Shown here one piece after another: positions 53,792 to 63,266 of a stretch of DNA of 64,000 nucleotides (position 1 is the first letter of the stretch; each line of letters opens with the position of its first letter). Below the pieces are notes generated by a model, which had not been told where the DNA came from, searched no databases, and saw only the letters and a program-made list of their open reading frames with translations. Both the position numbers and the translations under genes were made by a program. Origin of the DNA: a virus (lineage: Duplodnaviria > Caudoviricetes); IMG/VR virus record IMGVR_UViG_3300005683_000011, positions 1,578-65,577 of that record. One strand, written 5' to 3'.

Positions 53792-54617
53792 TACGACTGG
53801 CATTCAGTGGTGCAACCACACATGGAATCCCTGGCGTGGTTGTACCGAGGTGTCGCCCGGCTGTGATAACTGCTACGCCAGGGAGTTTAGTTACCGCAAC
53901 CCCAAGGTACTAGGCGTGTGGGGCGAGGGCGATAATGGGACGAGGCCCATCGCTGCGGAGGCTACATGGCGAGCGCCTGCTAGGTGGAACCGGGACGCCA
54001 TCGCTGCCAAGGAGGAGCGTCGGGTGTTCTGCGGTAGCCTCATGGATTTCTTCGAGGACAGGGATGATCTGTTCAACCCACGCATCCGGGCCATGCGGAC
54101 GATCAACAACTGCCAGAACCTCACCTGGCTGGTGTTGACGAAGCGCCCGCAGAACATCCAGAAGATGTGGGCGGACAACCCTCGCGGCACCGTCTGGAAC
54201 CAGGATCGGAACGTCATGTTCGGCACGACGGTCGAGGATCAGAAGCGTGCGGATGAACGCATCCCCATCATGCAGTCGGTGATGAGGGTGTACAGGGCGC
54301 GCACCTTCCTCAGCGTTGAGCCGTTGCTGGAGGAGATCGACCTGGATGTCCACTTCTCCAAGTGCCCCGTCGATTGGGTCATCGTCGGCGGGGAGTCTGG
54401 CGGCGGGTCCAGGCCATGCGATGTGGAGTGGGTCGAGAGCGTCGTTGTGCAGTGTCAGAAGCACAGCGTCCCCGTGTTCGTCAAGCAGCTGGGTTCCCGG
54501 TGCGTTGCCGATGGAATCCTGATGAAGCTCCTCAACAAGAAGGGAGGAGATATGTCCGAGTTCCCGGACTGGCTGCAACTGCGCCAGTTTCCACCTGACT
54601 TCATGTTGCAGAGGTAG
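53784..54617 (+). CDS. DUF5131 (phage Gp37/Gp68) radical-SAM-like protein
   Basis: I.WCNHTWNPW.GC..VSPGC.NCYA, LTKRP, FLS.EPLL, WVIVGGESG, PVFVKQ. Confidence 0.9.
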   Translation: MADTTGIQWCNHTWNPWRGCTEVSPGCDNCYAREFSYRNPKVLGVWGEGDNGTRPIAAEATWRAPARWNRDAIAAKEERRVFCGSLMDFFEDRDDLFNPRIRAMRTINNCQNLTWLVLTKRPQNIQKMWADNPRGTVWNQDRNVMFGTTVEDQKRADERIPIMQSVMRVYRARTFLSVEPLLEEIDLDVHFSKCPVDWVIVGGESGGGSRPCDVEWVESVVVQCQKHSVPVFVKQLGSRCVADGILMKLLNKKGGDMSEFPDWLQLRQFPPDFMLQR

Positions 54618-54619
54618 CC

Positions 54620-55123
54620 ATGACAAGGAACGAGAAGGTGTTGAAGCACGCTGACTACGCCGCTCGCATCAAGGGTATGATCGAAGCCACGGGATACTTC
54701 AACGACGCAGTATCCAGACTTGATGTGCGGTTCGGTCGCCCGAATGTTTGCAAGTTCACCATCAAGAAGGGAAAGTTGAGGGACAGGCTTGGCAAGCGTG
54801 GCACCATGGTTTCCATCCCGTTCGATTGGGAGGAGAAGGTGCATCGGCTTGGCTTTACCATCTTGACCGAACACACCGGCGGCAAGGTGTTCTGCCTGGA
54901 TGCGGAACCCATTGACACCGATCTCGGCGTTCCTGTATATTACGTTGAGTATGTGTACTTCGCAGCGTTTTCAAACGCACACAAACACCACGGATGGTTA
55001 GTCCTCTTCGGCGGGATGAAGTGGCTGTCGGATATCTCGGCAACGGAAGCCTTCAGGTTGGCATGCTCCGCTGTGGAGCGTGGCCTGAACGGGGACGACA
55101 AGGAAGTCGAGCTACCATTCTGA
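54620..55123 (+). CDS. Hypothetical protein
   Basis: GAGG RBS; 167 aa. Confidence 0.55.
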   Translation: MTRNEKVLKHADYAARIKGMIEATGYFNDAVSRLDVRFGRPNVCKFTIKKGKLRDRLGKRGTMVSIPFDWEEKVHRLGFTILTEHTGGKVFCLDAEPIDTDLGVPVYYVEYVYFAAFSNAHKHHGWLVLFGGMKWLSDISATEAFRLACSAVERGLNGDDKEVELPF

Positions 55124-55132
55124 GGCGCGACC

Positions 55133-55906
55133 ATGACGAATGATATGGCATACGGGTACATCCGTGCTTCGACCGATGAGCAGGCGACAACTCTCAAGGC
55201 ACAGCAGACCGTCATCCTTCAGGCTTACGACTACAAGCTGAAGGCGAACGGTTACGACATGGCCAACATCTTCATCGACAAAGGCGTGTCAGGCTCGATA
55301 CCTCTGGGCAACAGGCAGGCCGGGCACCAGCTGTTAATGACGCTGAAGCCTGGCGATGCCGTCATCATGAAGCACGTCGATCGTGGCTGGCGTAGCATGG
55401 TGGACTGTGTCAACACCCTTGAGCGGTGGAACGAGCAGAACATCCGGGTGATCTTCGTTGACTTCGACGTTGACACCAGATCGCCGATGGGATCGTTCGC
55501 CCTGAAGCTGTTCGCCCTGTGTGCGGAGTTCGAGCGGGCGATGGTGCGGGAACGCATGAAGGCGTTCCAGGCGCAGCGAAGGAGGGAGGGCAGGCCCATC
55601 AACCAGAAGGCACCCTACGGCTACAAGGTTGTAGGGCAGAAGGGGAACAGGCGGTTCGAGCCGGATGCCGCACTGCGGACGATCGGCGCACGCTTCCTTG
55701 ACTGGCACCTTCGGGGCTGGACCTACCCGCAGATTGTCAAGCACTGCGAGGAGAACGGGATCGTCTTGCCACATACTGGTCGCCCTCCCGTTCTCAGCGT
55801 GGTGTTTACCATGGTGAAGAAGGAGGCCGCTCTTCAAGCAGAGGAGCGGAACAAGAAGCGTGATGTACGAATTGTGGAAACTCAAGAAGAAAGGGAAGGC
55901 GATTGA
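55133..55906 (+). CDS. Serine recombinase (resolvase domain plus short recombinase domain)
   Basis: YGYIRAST..Q, D.GVSG, DR..R, AEFER....ER and PYGY motifs. Confidence 0.9.
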   Translation: MTNDMAYGYIRASTDEQATTLKAQQTVILQAYDYKLKANGYDMANIFIDKGVSGSIPLGNRQAGHQLLMTLKPGDAVIMKHVDRGWRSMVDCVNTLERWNEQNIRVIFVDFDVDTRSPMGSFALKLFALCAEFERAMVRERMKAFQAQRRREGRPINQKAPYGYKVVGQKGNRRFEPDAALRTIGARFLDWHLRGWTYPQIVKHCEENGIVLPHTGRPPVLSVVFTMVKKEAALQAEERNKKRDVRIVETQEEREGD

Positions 55907-56054
55907 TGTCAGTATCTGCGGGGTGTTCAAGTCAGTAGCGGCTGCGAAGGAGGCGGCGCTCAAGTTCGGGTTCGGCAAGTACCGCGTATGCGACCGGCAC
56001 GGAGATGTCGCTCGCATCGAGATTGGCAAGAAGACGAACGAGTGTCCAACGTGA
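55863..56054 (+). CDS. Small basic protein
   Basis: Short beta-rich ORF. Confidence 0.45.
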   Translation: MYELWKLKKKGKAIDVSICGVFKSVAAAKEAALKFGFGKYRVCDRHGDVARIEIGKKTNECPT

Positions 56055-56695
56055 CTGAGCAGCAACAGCGAAAGAAGTACAGGCACACAGAGAAGCAGAA
56101 ACAGTGGTGGGCGAAACATCAGCTGAACATCGCCAGCCCCTACTCCAAGGAACTCCGGTGCGGCATCTACAATGCCGGCTCTGAAAAGATGAGAACTCCT
56201 CACCGAGACAGAACCCTACGGATGCTGTGCATTCAGCACCGCATGGGTCAGGAGTTGAACAAGCTCACCAAGCACAATGGTGACTACATCCTTGCGTGCT
56301 GCATGTGTGAATGCGACATCGACTTCGCTGAAGATGGCAACGATCACTGGCTTTTGAGAGTGGAGTACATTGATGAGCGATGGTACTGTCCTGACTGCTT
56401 CCCACACTCCATCCCAGGAAAGGCAGGAGTGGCTACAAAGACGGATGAATGGGGTAGGCTCGTCAGATACACCCGTCATCCTGGGTCTGAGCAAGTGGAA
56501 GATCCCATTGACGCTCTACCTGGAGAAGGTGGGGGAGATCGAGCCAGCCCCCCAGACGGAGGCGCAAAGAAGCGGCCTCCTTCAAGAAGCAGTGATCGCA
56601 GCAAGGTACGAGGAAGAGACTGGGAACAAGGTTTCCTTCCCTTCTTCCAGGTTGACGATGCACCCGACGATCCCCTGGATGTTTGCGAGCATTGA
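56051..56695 (+). CDS. Hypothetical Cys-containing protein (3' part overlaps YqaJ)
   Basis: GTGA coupling; CCMC and CPDC motifs. Confidence 0.4.
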   Translation: MTEQQQRKKYRHTEKQKQWWAKHQLNIASPYSKELRCGIYNAGSEKMRTPHRDRTLRMLCIQHRMGQELNKLTKHNGDYILACCMCECDIDFAEDGNDHWLLRVEYIDERWYCPDCFPHSIPGKAGVATKTDEWGRLVRYTRHPGSEQVEDPIDALPGEGGGDRASPPDGGAKKRPPSRSSDRSKVRGRDWEQGFLPFFQVDDAPDDPLDVCEH

Positions 56696-57293
56696 CCGCA
56701 TGGCCCAGGTGTTCACCAGCCAGCGAATCCTTGAGTTGAAGAACTACCGTTACGACGACGGCTGGGGCGCTGAACACACGCAAGACATCCCGCCCGACAT
56801 CTACGCTCAGGTCCAGCATCAGATGGAGTGTGCGCAGATCCCTTGGGCTGACGTTGCCGTTCTCCTTGGCGGTCAGGAGTTGAGGGTGTATCACATCCCC
56901 TACGATTACGCCTACTGCCAGGAGTTGGTCAAGCAGGTCGAGGTATTCTGGCGGATGGTTGTGGAGCGGACGCCTCCGCCTTACGACTGGTCGCACCCAG
57001 ATACGGCGCGGGTTATTCGCCAGAAGCAGAAGCTGACGCCGGACAAGGAGATCATCCTTGACGACAGGGACACCGCTGTGTTACTCCTTCAGTTCTCCAG
57101 CATGAAGAAGCAGCTGAAGGAGTTGCAGCAGGCCAAGGACACCTGCCAAGCGAGGCTCATCGAGAGGATGGGCGATGCTCAGGTGGCGCTGACGCCGGCT
57201 GGATACCGGATGACAAGGAGGCCGATCCACAAAGAGGGCTACTGGGTCGAGCCGAGCGATAGTTACCGCTTCGATCTGAGGGAACCAAAGTGA
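56370..57293 (+). CDS. YqaJ-like (lambda-type) exonuclease
   Basis: W...R..GVGSSD, G...E, ASID, LELK, Y.QVQHQM. Confidence 0.9.
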   Translation: MMSDGTVLTASHTPSQERQEWLQRRMNGVGSSDTPVILGLSKWKIPLTLYLEKVGEIEPAPQTEAQRSGLLQEAVIAARYEEETGNKVSFPSSRLTMHPTIPWMFASIDRMAQVFTSQRILELKNYRYDDGWGAEHTQDIPPDIYAQVQHQMECAQIPWADVAVLLGGQELRVYHIPYDYAYCQELVKQVEVFWRMVVERTPPPYDWSHPDTARVIRQKQKLTPDKEIILDDRDTAVLLLQFSSMKKQLKELQQAKDTCQARLIERMGDAQVALTPAGYRMTRRPIHKEGYWVEPSDSYRFDLREPK

Positions 57294-57688
57294 ATCTCAA
57301 CACCAAGAGGTTTAACTCTCAAGAGTCCATGTACATGGATGTGACAATGAAGCTGGCCCGTTTCAAACCAGGCGACTTCGTCAAGATGCCTCACGACATC
57401 GGGAACATTCGGTTCCGCGTCCTGGGGCGAACGCTGTCAGAGGATTCGGCGGGTGTGATGGGGTTCTTCTACTCCCTTCGCAACCTTCACAACAACACCT
57501 ACTGCGTCATCCATGACGTGGCAGAGTACGAACTGGAGTTAGCAGATGAGCAACGAAATTGTGGAACAGCAGTTCCGCGCCATGAAGGGGTTCTTGGAAT
57601 CCCCGACAGTGGTTCAGCAGATCGGGAAGATCGTGACACAGGGGATCAACCCGCAGCGGTTGGTTCGGCAAGCGGTGACGCTGTGTAG
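57290..57688 (+). CDS. Small SH3-like hypothetical protein
   Basis: FKPGD.V...V.E.EL pattern; tail overlaps RecT. Confidence 0.4.
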   Translation: MNLNTKRFNSQESMYMDVTMKLARFKPGDFVKMPHDIGNIRFRVLGRTLSEDSAGVMGFFYSLRNLHNNTYCVIHDVAEYELELADEQRNCGTAVPRHEGVLGIPDSGSADREDRDTGDQPAAVGSASGDAV

Positions 57689-58373
57689 CGAGAACCCCGA
57701 GCTACTCAAATGCACCCAGCAGTCGATCATCCTTGGCGTCGTCAAGGCGGCTGAGTTGGGGCTGGAACTCTCGGGTCCGCTGGGGCACGCCTACCTTGTC
57801 CCACGGTTCACGAAGATCCCTGGCACCACGCAGAAGGCTATGATGGCGATCTTCCAGGTTGGTTGGAAGGGGCTGGTCGCCCTTGCGTTCAGGCAGGGCA
57901 ATGTCGCATCACTGCCTGTCCGTTGCGTCCATGCCAACGACAGGTTCGAGATCGTGTACGGCGACGAGCAGCGTCTCATCCACGAGCCGGACCTGAACAA
58001 GGAACGTGGCGATGTGATCGGGTACTACGCTGCGGTCAAGTACGTCAACGGCGGGCGCGACTTCGAGTACATGACGAAGCAGCAGGTGATCGATCACAAG
58101 GAGAAGTACGGCGGCAAGGGGCCGGGCTGGTCCAGCGCCTTCGACAAGATGGCGATGAAGACGGTCCTTCGTCAGCTGTGCAGTCGCCTCTCCATGTGCC
58201 CCGAGGCGCAGAAGCAGGCGATGGAGGAGGAGTACGCCGAGTTGGGTGTCGCTCCCGTTCGCCAGCTTGGCGTCAAGGAGAACCCCGACGTGCAGCTGCT
58301 ACTGGATCAGGCATCCCCATCAGGAGTTATCGATGGCAACTTCGACGGTGGCCCCGACCCCTCGACTGACTGA
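57546..58373 (+). CDS. recT: RecT-family single-strand annealing protein
   Basis: L..CT..SI......AA.LGL...LG.AYLVP, G.KGL, GYYA, W...FD.MA.KTV.R. Confidence 0.9.
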   Translation: MSNEIVEQQFRAMKGFLESPTVVQQIGKIVTQGINPQRLVRQAVTLCSENPELLKCTQQSIILGVVKAAELGLELSGPLGHAYLVPRFTKIPGTTQKAMMAIFQVGWKGLVALAFRQGNVASLPVRCVHANDRFEIVYGDEQRLIHEPDLNKERGDVIGYYAAVKYVNGGRDFEYMTKQQVIDHKEKYGGKGPGWSSAFDKMAMKTVLRQLCSRLSMCPEAQKQAMEEEYAELGVAPVRQLGVKENPDVQLLLDQASPSGVIDGNFDGGPDPSTD

Positions 58374-58572
58374 CCTTCAGATGGAGTATCTCCGCCTCCT
58401 CGTCCTTGAGATTGTGGACGAGGAGGTGAAGGCTCAGGCTGAACGCGAAGACTTCTCCCGGTACAACGACTTCTACCGGGCGAAGTACATGGTTCTCTTC
58501 AACAAGATGTCCCACTGGGAGTGGGCTGAGGTTGAGAGAATCCAGAAGGAATGCTTCGACAACGTAACGTAG
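58333..58572 (+). CDS. Hypothetical protein
   Basis: Small ORF after RecT. Confidence 0.4.
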   Translation: MATSTVAPTPRLTDLQMEYLRLLVLEIVDEEVKAQAEREDFSRYNDFYRAKYMVLFNKMSHWEWAEVERIQKECFDNVT

Positions 58573-58579
58573 GGAAGCA

Positions 58580-58801
58580 ATGCCACAAGAACGGTCAATT
58601 GAAGCAACGGCTGGGTCAATGGCGAGGTGCGTTGACTACTTGCACTTGGTCGCACGCCAGCTGTTTGGCGGTCTGAGCAGCGAGGAAGACGCTGCCTGTT
58701 TTGACAGGCAGCTTGCGCTGTGGAAGACTATGTCAGATGGGGAAAAACGGCTGGCAAATCTGCTGGCTGAGGGCATCTTCAAAGGATGGTTGAGTCCATG
58801 A
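58580..58801 (+). CDS. Hypothetical protein
   Basis: ATGA coupling to the next gene. Confidence 0.45.
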   Translation: MPQERSIEATAGSMARCVDYLHLVARQLFGGLSSEEDAACFDRQLALWKTMSDGEKRLANLLAEGIFKGWLSP

Positions 58802-59214
58802 GCAATAGCATTCTACCGATCACCTGCGACACGCTGGGTGAACTGGACTACGGAGCATCGAGAGCCATCATCGATGCGGCAATCCGTGACGCGATCAACG
58901 ATCTGGAAGATCGTGGTCAGGATGGCAAACCACGCAAGGTAGCGATCACCATCACCTTCGGCCTGCTCGACAACGGGCTGGTCGAGGCGAAGGTTGAGGC
59001 GATCGCCAAGGTGCCGATGCGCAAGACGGCATCAACGATCGGCGAAGTTCAACGGGACGGGCGCAATCACCGTGTTGCGTTCCGCAAGTATTCGCCGGAA
59101 GATCCGGCTCAAACCACCATCGAGGAGTTTGAGGATGGAAACAATGGTCGGCTATTCGAAGCGAATCCGCAACACTACGCGGACGACGAGGGAACTGCAA
59201 TCCCTGCCGGATGA
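58798..59214 (+). CDS. Conserved phage replication-region protein
   Basis: L..LD.G...D...KPRKV.I.I.F pattern. Confidence 0.65.
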   Translation: MSNSILPITCDTLGELDYGASRAIIDAAIRDAINDLEDRGQDGKPRKVAITITFGLLDNGLVEAKVEAIAKVPMRKTASTIGEVQRDGRNHRVAFRKYSPEDPAQTTIEEFEDGNNGRLFEANPQHYADDEGTAIPAG

Positions 59215-59416
59215 TTCACACATCACGGTAGAGGAACTTGCAAGGCTGTTGAATGTCTGCCCCAGGACAATCTGGCGGCACGAGAAAAGTGGCAACCTAC
59301 CCCCAGCGCGGGTCATCATTGCCAACGGTATCAAGATCAAGCGCTGGGAACTGGGCGAGATACGATCCCTGATTGGAGGCGATCATGTTGAAGGAAGCGT
59401 TGCAGTGGGTTCGTGA
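59135..59416 (+). CDS. AlpA/Xis-like HTH protein
   Basis: TVEELARLLNV.PRTIWR....G.LP...RW. Confidence 0.7.
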   Translation: METMVGYSKRIRNTTRTTRELQSLPDDSHITVEELARLLNVCPRTIWRHEKSGNLPPARVIIANGIKIKRWELGEIRSLIGGDHVEGSVAVGS

Positions 59417-60179
59417 CTTGGTCGATGAGGCCAAGCGTGCAAGGATCTTCTGGACGGATCGCGAGCCGGATCACGTCTACTGGATCGAGGACAGGACAGG
59501 CGAGGTTACTCGCTACGAGGGTGCCCCCGGCTTCCGCAAACATGGCGCTACGGACCTGGAGACTCTGGTCAAGATGGCCAAGGAGTTCCTGCGGATCAAG
59601 GACAACACCGTCTCCGCCTGGGTCACCCCACAGGAAGTCGTGCTGATCCACGACGACGATGATCGGCGCAGCAGGACGACGTTCAAGCCGGAACTGTCCA
59701 AGCAGCTGCTCACGCTGAAGGTCTGGGAAGGGACCAACACCTACTTCGAGACGGCGGCGATGATCCTGAAGCTGCGGACGACGTTCGCTGATCCGCCCAA
59801 CCAGGATCTGGCTAACCTCGTGCAATCGATCGAGGCGGCGAAGTTCACCCGGTATTCGGAGACTGAGGTGAAGGTCGATGTGGCCAAGGCTTCCATCGGC
59901 AAGAAGCTCCAGCAGGAGTTGCAGCCGGGCGGCAAGCCGTTGCCATCGGATGTGCTGGTCCGCATCCCGATCTACGCCGGCTGGAAGTACGGTCCATCGG
60001 CAACGGTTCGTTGCGCGGTGGTCGCCGACCTGGACAACCAGACCTACGCCTTGGTGCCCATGGCTGGCAGCTACACGCAGGTTCTCAAGGAGGGCGAGGA
60101 TCAGGTTCTGGAGAAGCTGTTCCGCGACGTTGGGCAGGATCACGAAGGCAACTTCGTCGTCTATCGAGGGACGCCGTGA
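59385..60179 (+). CDS. Conserved phage protein (partner of 58798-59214 type)
   Basis: GGAGG RBS; LP.....RIPIY pattern. Confidence 0.65.
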   Translation: MLKEALQWVRDLVDEAKRARIFWTDREPDHVYWIEDRTGEVTRYEGAPGFRKHGATDLETLVKMAKEFLRIKDNTVSAWVTPQEVVLIHDDDDRRSRTTFKPELSKQLLTLKVWEGTNTYFETAAMILKLRTTFADPPNQDLANLVQSIEAAKFTRYSETEVKVDVAKASIGKKLQQELQPGGKPLPSDVLVRIPIYAGWKYGPSATVRCAVVADLDNQTYALVPMAGSYTQVLKEGEDQVLEKLFRDVGQDHEGNFVVYRGTP

Positions 60180-60988
60180 AAGACTCAGTAACGGTCAAGA
60201 CTTCGTTGCTGCACAACCCGAAGGTACAGCAGATGGCGCGGTTCCTGGGGAACGAGATGGCGTTCCGCAAGTGGTTGTTCCCCGACCTGCCGGATCAGTA
60301 CATCAACGTGACTGTCCGGCAGGAAGTGGTCAGCCGCGTCATTGTTACCGGGCTGATCCAGATCCGGGCAACGATCGATGATGTTGCCCCGGATGGGTTC
60401 CTTGGTGAGGCGGTCCTGTCCGACATTGACTTCATGTGCGGCATCCCACTCATCGGCGAGGCGATGTTCCGAGCGGGATGGGTTCAACAGGAGATTGGCG
60501 GTCTGAGGTTCCCGACACCGGGGTCGAAGGAAAAGGCTGTGAAGCCAGTAGATCCGGCCCCGGATGACGACGTTCCTCAGACCGTCCACATTCCTGAAGA
60601 CTTCATCGAGTTCTGGAACGCATACCCCAAGAAGATCGGGAAGGGTGCAGCGCTGAAGGCGTGGCGGAAGATCAAGCCGAACGCCAAGATGCTTCAGCAG
60701 ATCCTCGAATCGCTTGCCATCCAGCGGCGATCAGAACCGTGGCGTAAGGACCGTGGGCAGTTCATCCCTCACCCTGCTACCTGGCTCAACCAGATGCGTT
60801 GGGATGACGTGCCAGAGAGTGTAGGCCCGATCGCTGAGGACACCGCCACACGCATCGCCAGGCAGCAGAAGGAGGCTGCTGTGCGACGTGAGCAGGAGAA
60901 CGCCACCAAAGCTACGGCAGCTGAGGTGAAGGCGATGATCGCCAAGATGAAGCAGGGCATCGGGAGAAGCATCAATGATCCAGAATGA
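60176..60988 (+). CDS. Replication initiator (replisome organiser-like)
   Basis: F.EFW.AYPKK.GK..A.KAW and FIPHPATWLNQ.RWDD motifs. Confidence 0.85.
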   Translation: MKDSVTVKTSLLHNPKVQQMARFLGNEMAFRKWLFPDLPDQYINVTVRQEVVSRVIVTGLIQIRATIDDVAPDGFLGEAVLSDIDFMCGIPLIGEAMFRAGWVQQEIGGLRFPTPGSKEKAVKPVDPAPDDDVPQTVHIPEDFIEFWNAYPKKIGKGAALKAWRKIKPNAKMLQQILESLAIQRRSEPWRKDRGQFIPHPATWLNQMRWDDVPESVGPIAEDTATRIARQQKEAAVRREQENATKATAAEVKAMIAKMKQGIGRSINDPE

Positions 60989-61199
60989 ACTGTTCGAGTG
61001 GGCGGAGGCTCAGACTGCACAGGCCGAGGCTGAGCAACCGCTTGATCCGTCCGCCCTGGCTCCGTTGGGGTGGACAAAGTGCGGCCTGTATCTGGATGGA
61101 GAGCAGTCGTGGCGATCGCCCAAGGGCAATCTGTTCCGGCAGCGTGAGGCTCTTGAGTTGGCAGCCGCGCAAATCAAGGAAGGGAAGAAACGTGGCTAG
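60975..61199 (+). CDS. Hypothetical protein
   Basis: GW.K...W.SP.G pattern. Confidence 0.5.
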   Translation: MIQNELFEWAEAQTAQAEAEQPLDPSALAPLGWTKCGLYLDGEQSWRSPKGNLFRQREALELAAAQIKEGKKRG

Positions 61200-61512
61200 T
61201 GTACCCGACATCTTTAACCTGTTGACTGGCAGGAGGCTGGAAGTCTTCGCGACGATCTGCTCGCTTGACAAGCCTATCGACAGTCAAGGCTTGGCAAACC
61301 TCACCTCTTGCAAGGTGGCGACGGCGCGGACGATCTTACGGCAGATGTCCTACGCTGGCCTGGTGACTCGAATGGAGGGTGCGTTCGATGGCGGAAGCGG
61401 ACGGAAGCCGGATCAGTTCGTGGTGAAGGCTTCCGTCCGCAAGTGGTGGTCAATGACCGAGCAGACGTTCGGCGTCAATACGGAGCAAGGGCAGGATGCC
61501 AGGGAAGTTTAA
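61192..61512 (+). CDS. Winged-HTH protein
   Basis: LAN.T.C...TAR.IL..M...GLV.R. Confidence 0.6.
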   Translation: MASVPDIFNLLTGRRLEVFATICSLDKPIDSQGLANLTSCKVATARTILRQMSYAGLVTRMEGAFDGGSGRKPDQFVVKASVRKWWSMTEQTFGVNTEQGQDAREV

Positions 61513-61819
61513 CAACATCAAGGTGAAGATCGACGGTATTACCTTCGACAGTAAGCGCGAGGGTGCCCGCTACGTTCACCTGAAGCTGCTCCAGAAAGCG
61601 GGCCACATCCGTGACTTACGGACGAATGTGCCAGCTTGTCGGTTTCCGTTGCGTGTGAACAACGAATTGATCTGTACATACATAGCAGATTTCCTGTACT
61701 ATGATGTCCGTGAACAACAAGACGTTGTTGAAGACGTGAAAGGATTCCGAACAAGGGAGTACGTCATGAAGCGGAAATTGATGCACGCTATCCACGGCAT
61801 CACCATCCGCGAGACGTAG
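61496..61819 (+). CDS. DUF1064 PD-(D/E)xK endonuclease
   Basis: KF.N.K...DGI.FDSKRE...Y.ADF.Y...VEDVKG. Confidence 0.9.
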   Translation: MPGKFNNIKVKIDGITFDSKREGARYVHLKLLQKAGHIRDLRTNVPACRFPLRVNNELICTYIADFLYYDVREQQDVVEDVKGFRTREYVMKRKLMHAIHGITIRET

Positions 61820-61828
61820 GAGGGCACC

Positions 61829-62023
61829 ATGCTAACCGTCGAACAGGCCAGGGAGGCGCGCGTCTGCCGCCTCTGCATGATCCCGGTCATCCAGCCGTCC
61901 GAGAGGATCTGGATGGAGAACGACGACTACCCTGCCGACAAGGGTGAGCGTCTGACCGTTCGCAACGGCACCGAGTTCGCCCACTCCGCCTGCGCTGACG
62001 GGAACCCCCCGATTTATCAGTAG
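61829..62023 (+). CDS. Small zinc-binding protein
   Basis: CRLC...H..C; GGAGG RBS. Confidence 0.55.
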   Translation: MLTVEQAREARVCRLCMIPVIQPSERIWMENDDYPADKGERLTVRNGTEFAHSACADGNPPIYQ

Positions 62024-62028
62024 CGCTA

Positions 62029-62655
62029 ATGGCTAAGCCGATCGTCTTCTTCGACATGGATGGCGTGCTGACCGACTTCTACGGCTCCGTCATGGAGGCG
62101 TTCGGTCGGCGTAAGGATCAGAGGTTCCACCCCTTCCCGCAGAAGTGGAACATCTGGGAGCATCTCGGCTGCACGGAGAAGCAGTTCTGGGATGCCTGCC
62201 GTGGCACCGATTTCTGGGCCAACCTTGATTGGTGCAACGGTGGTCACGAGTTGCTTCTCGCCGCAGAGGAGGCTGTGGGTGCCGAGAATATCTACCTGCT
62301 AACCAGTCCTTCGCGTGACCCAGGTAGCTATGCCGGTAAGTACCTCTGGGTCGAGAAGCACATCCCCAACTACCTGTCTCGCCTTATCCTCACTAGTAGG
62401 AAGTTCCTGCTTGCGAAGGGCGACAGGATTCTGATTGACGACAGCGACGACAACTGTAAGAAGTTCATCGAAGCTGGCGGCAATGCCTGCATTGTGCCCT
62501 CACCCTGGAACGCAGCGCACGCATACTGCGACAGCGATCCGGGGCAGATGGCTGAGAAGCTGTTCCAGTATCTTTCACACCAAGCGGAGTTGATTGATGA
62601 GCGAGCAAGAGAAGCCGAAGGTCAAGGTGAAGCTCATGACGATGGAGCAAGCTGA
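62029..62655 (+). CDS. HAD-family 5'(3')-deoxyribonucleotidase
   Basis: FFDMDGVLTDF, LTSP, GK..W, LIDD. Confidence 0.9.
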   Translation: MAKPIVFFDMDGVLTDFYGSVMEAFGRRKDQRFHPFPQKWNIWEHLGCTEKQFWDACRGTDFWANLDWCNGGHELLLAAEEAVGAENIYLLTSPSRDPGSYAGKYLWVEKHIPNYLSRLILTSRKFLLAKGDRILIDDSDDNCKKFIEAGGNACIVPSPWNAAHAYCDSDPGQMAEKLFQYLSHQAELIDERAREAEGQGEAHDDGAS

Positions 62656-63193
62656 GGCTCTCATCAAGGAGAGTCCCGAGGCGCTCAAGCGTTTCAATGA
62701 GTTCAAGCGACTGGCCGAGGAAGAGGCCAAGAAGTCTGATGTGCCCTACCCCCAGGTCGCCCTGAGCCTGGTGTCTGACGCTGAACTGGAGCCGATTATC
62801 GGCTCGATCGAAAGCCTGACGAAGGCTCTGTGGGAGCAGGCTCTGAAGGGCCATGAGAAGGGCGAGGAAGCCTACAAGGCGTTCTGCGGTGATCTGCCTG
62901 ACCGTGCCCCCGAGTGTTTCGACGAACTGAAGTGGTTGGTCCACTACTCGATCGGCAGTGCGATCCGGGCCATCCAGTTCAACTTCGCTGGCGAGGCGAG
63001 CAAGCTGATCCACAGCTACCTCACCGGCAGGGAAGCGTACCTCAAGCAGCAGGCGCTGCTGAAGACGCTGGATGCTGACGGAGGCGAAGCTCTGCGGAAG
63101 AAGATCCAGGCCGCTGTCGATGACCACCTGGCTGACGTGAAGACGGAGCCAGAGATATTGACACGCAACCGTCGCCAGCCTATCATCCACTAA
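62597..63193 (+). CDS. Hypothetical helical protein
   Basis: 198 aa, followed by a terminator. Confidence 0.6.
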   Translation: MSEQEKPKVKVKLMTMEQAEALIKESPEALKRFNEFKRLAEEEAKKSDVPYPQVALSLVSDAELEPIIGSIESLTKALWEQALKGHEKGEEAYKAFCGDLPDRAPECFDELKWLVHYSIGSAIRAIQFNFAGEASKLIHSYLTGREAYLKQQALLKTLDADGGEALRKKIQAAVDDHLADVKTEPEILTRNRRQPIIH

Positions 63194-63210
63194 CCCTACT
63201 CCTTGGTGTG

Positions 63211-63250
63211 CCCCGTCGTCGGATCTGGGCAATCCGGCGGCGGGGTTTTT
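63211..63250 (+). terminator. Intrinsic terminator
   Basis: CCCCGTCGTCGGAT/ATCCGGCGGCGGGG followed by TTTTT. Confidence 0.85.
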
Positions 63251-63266
63251 CATTGGAGAGTTCCAC

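Noticed and set aside
19135-54525. Other CTGATGA heptamers (near 19136, 29161, 44870, 50224, 54519)
   Set aside because: All lie inside coding genes and lack a correctly placed GAAA and stems.
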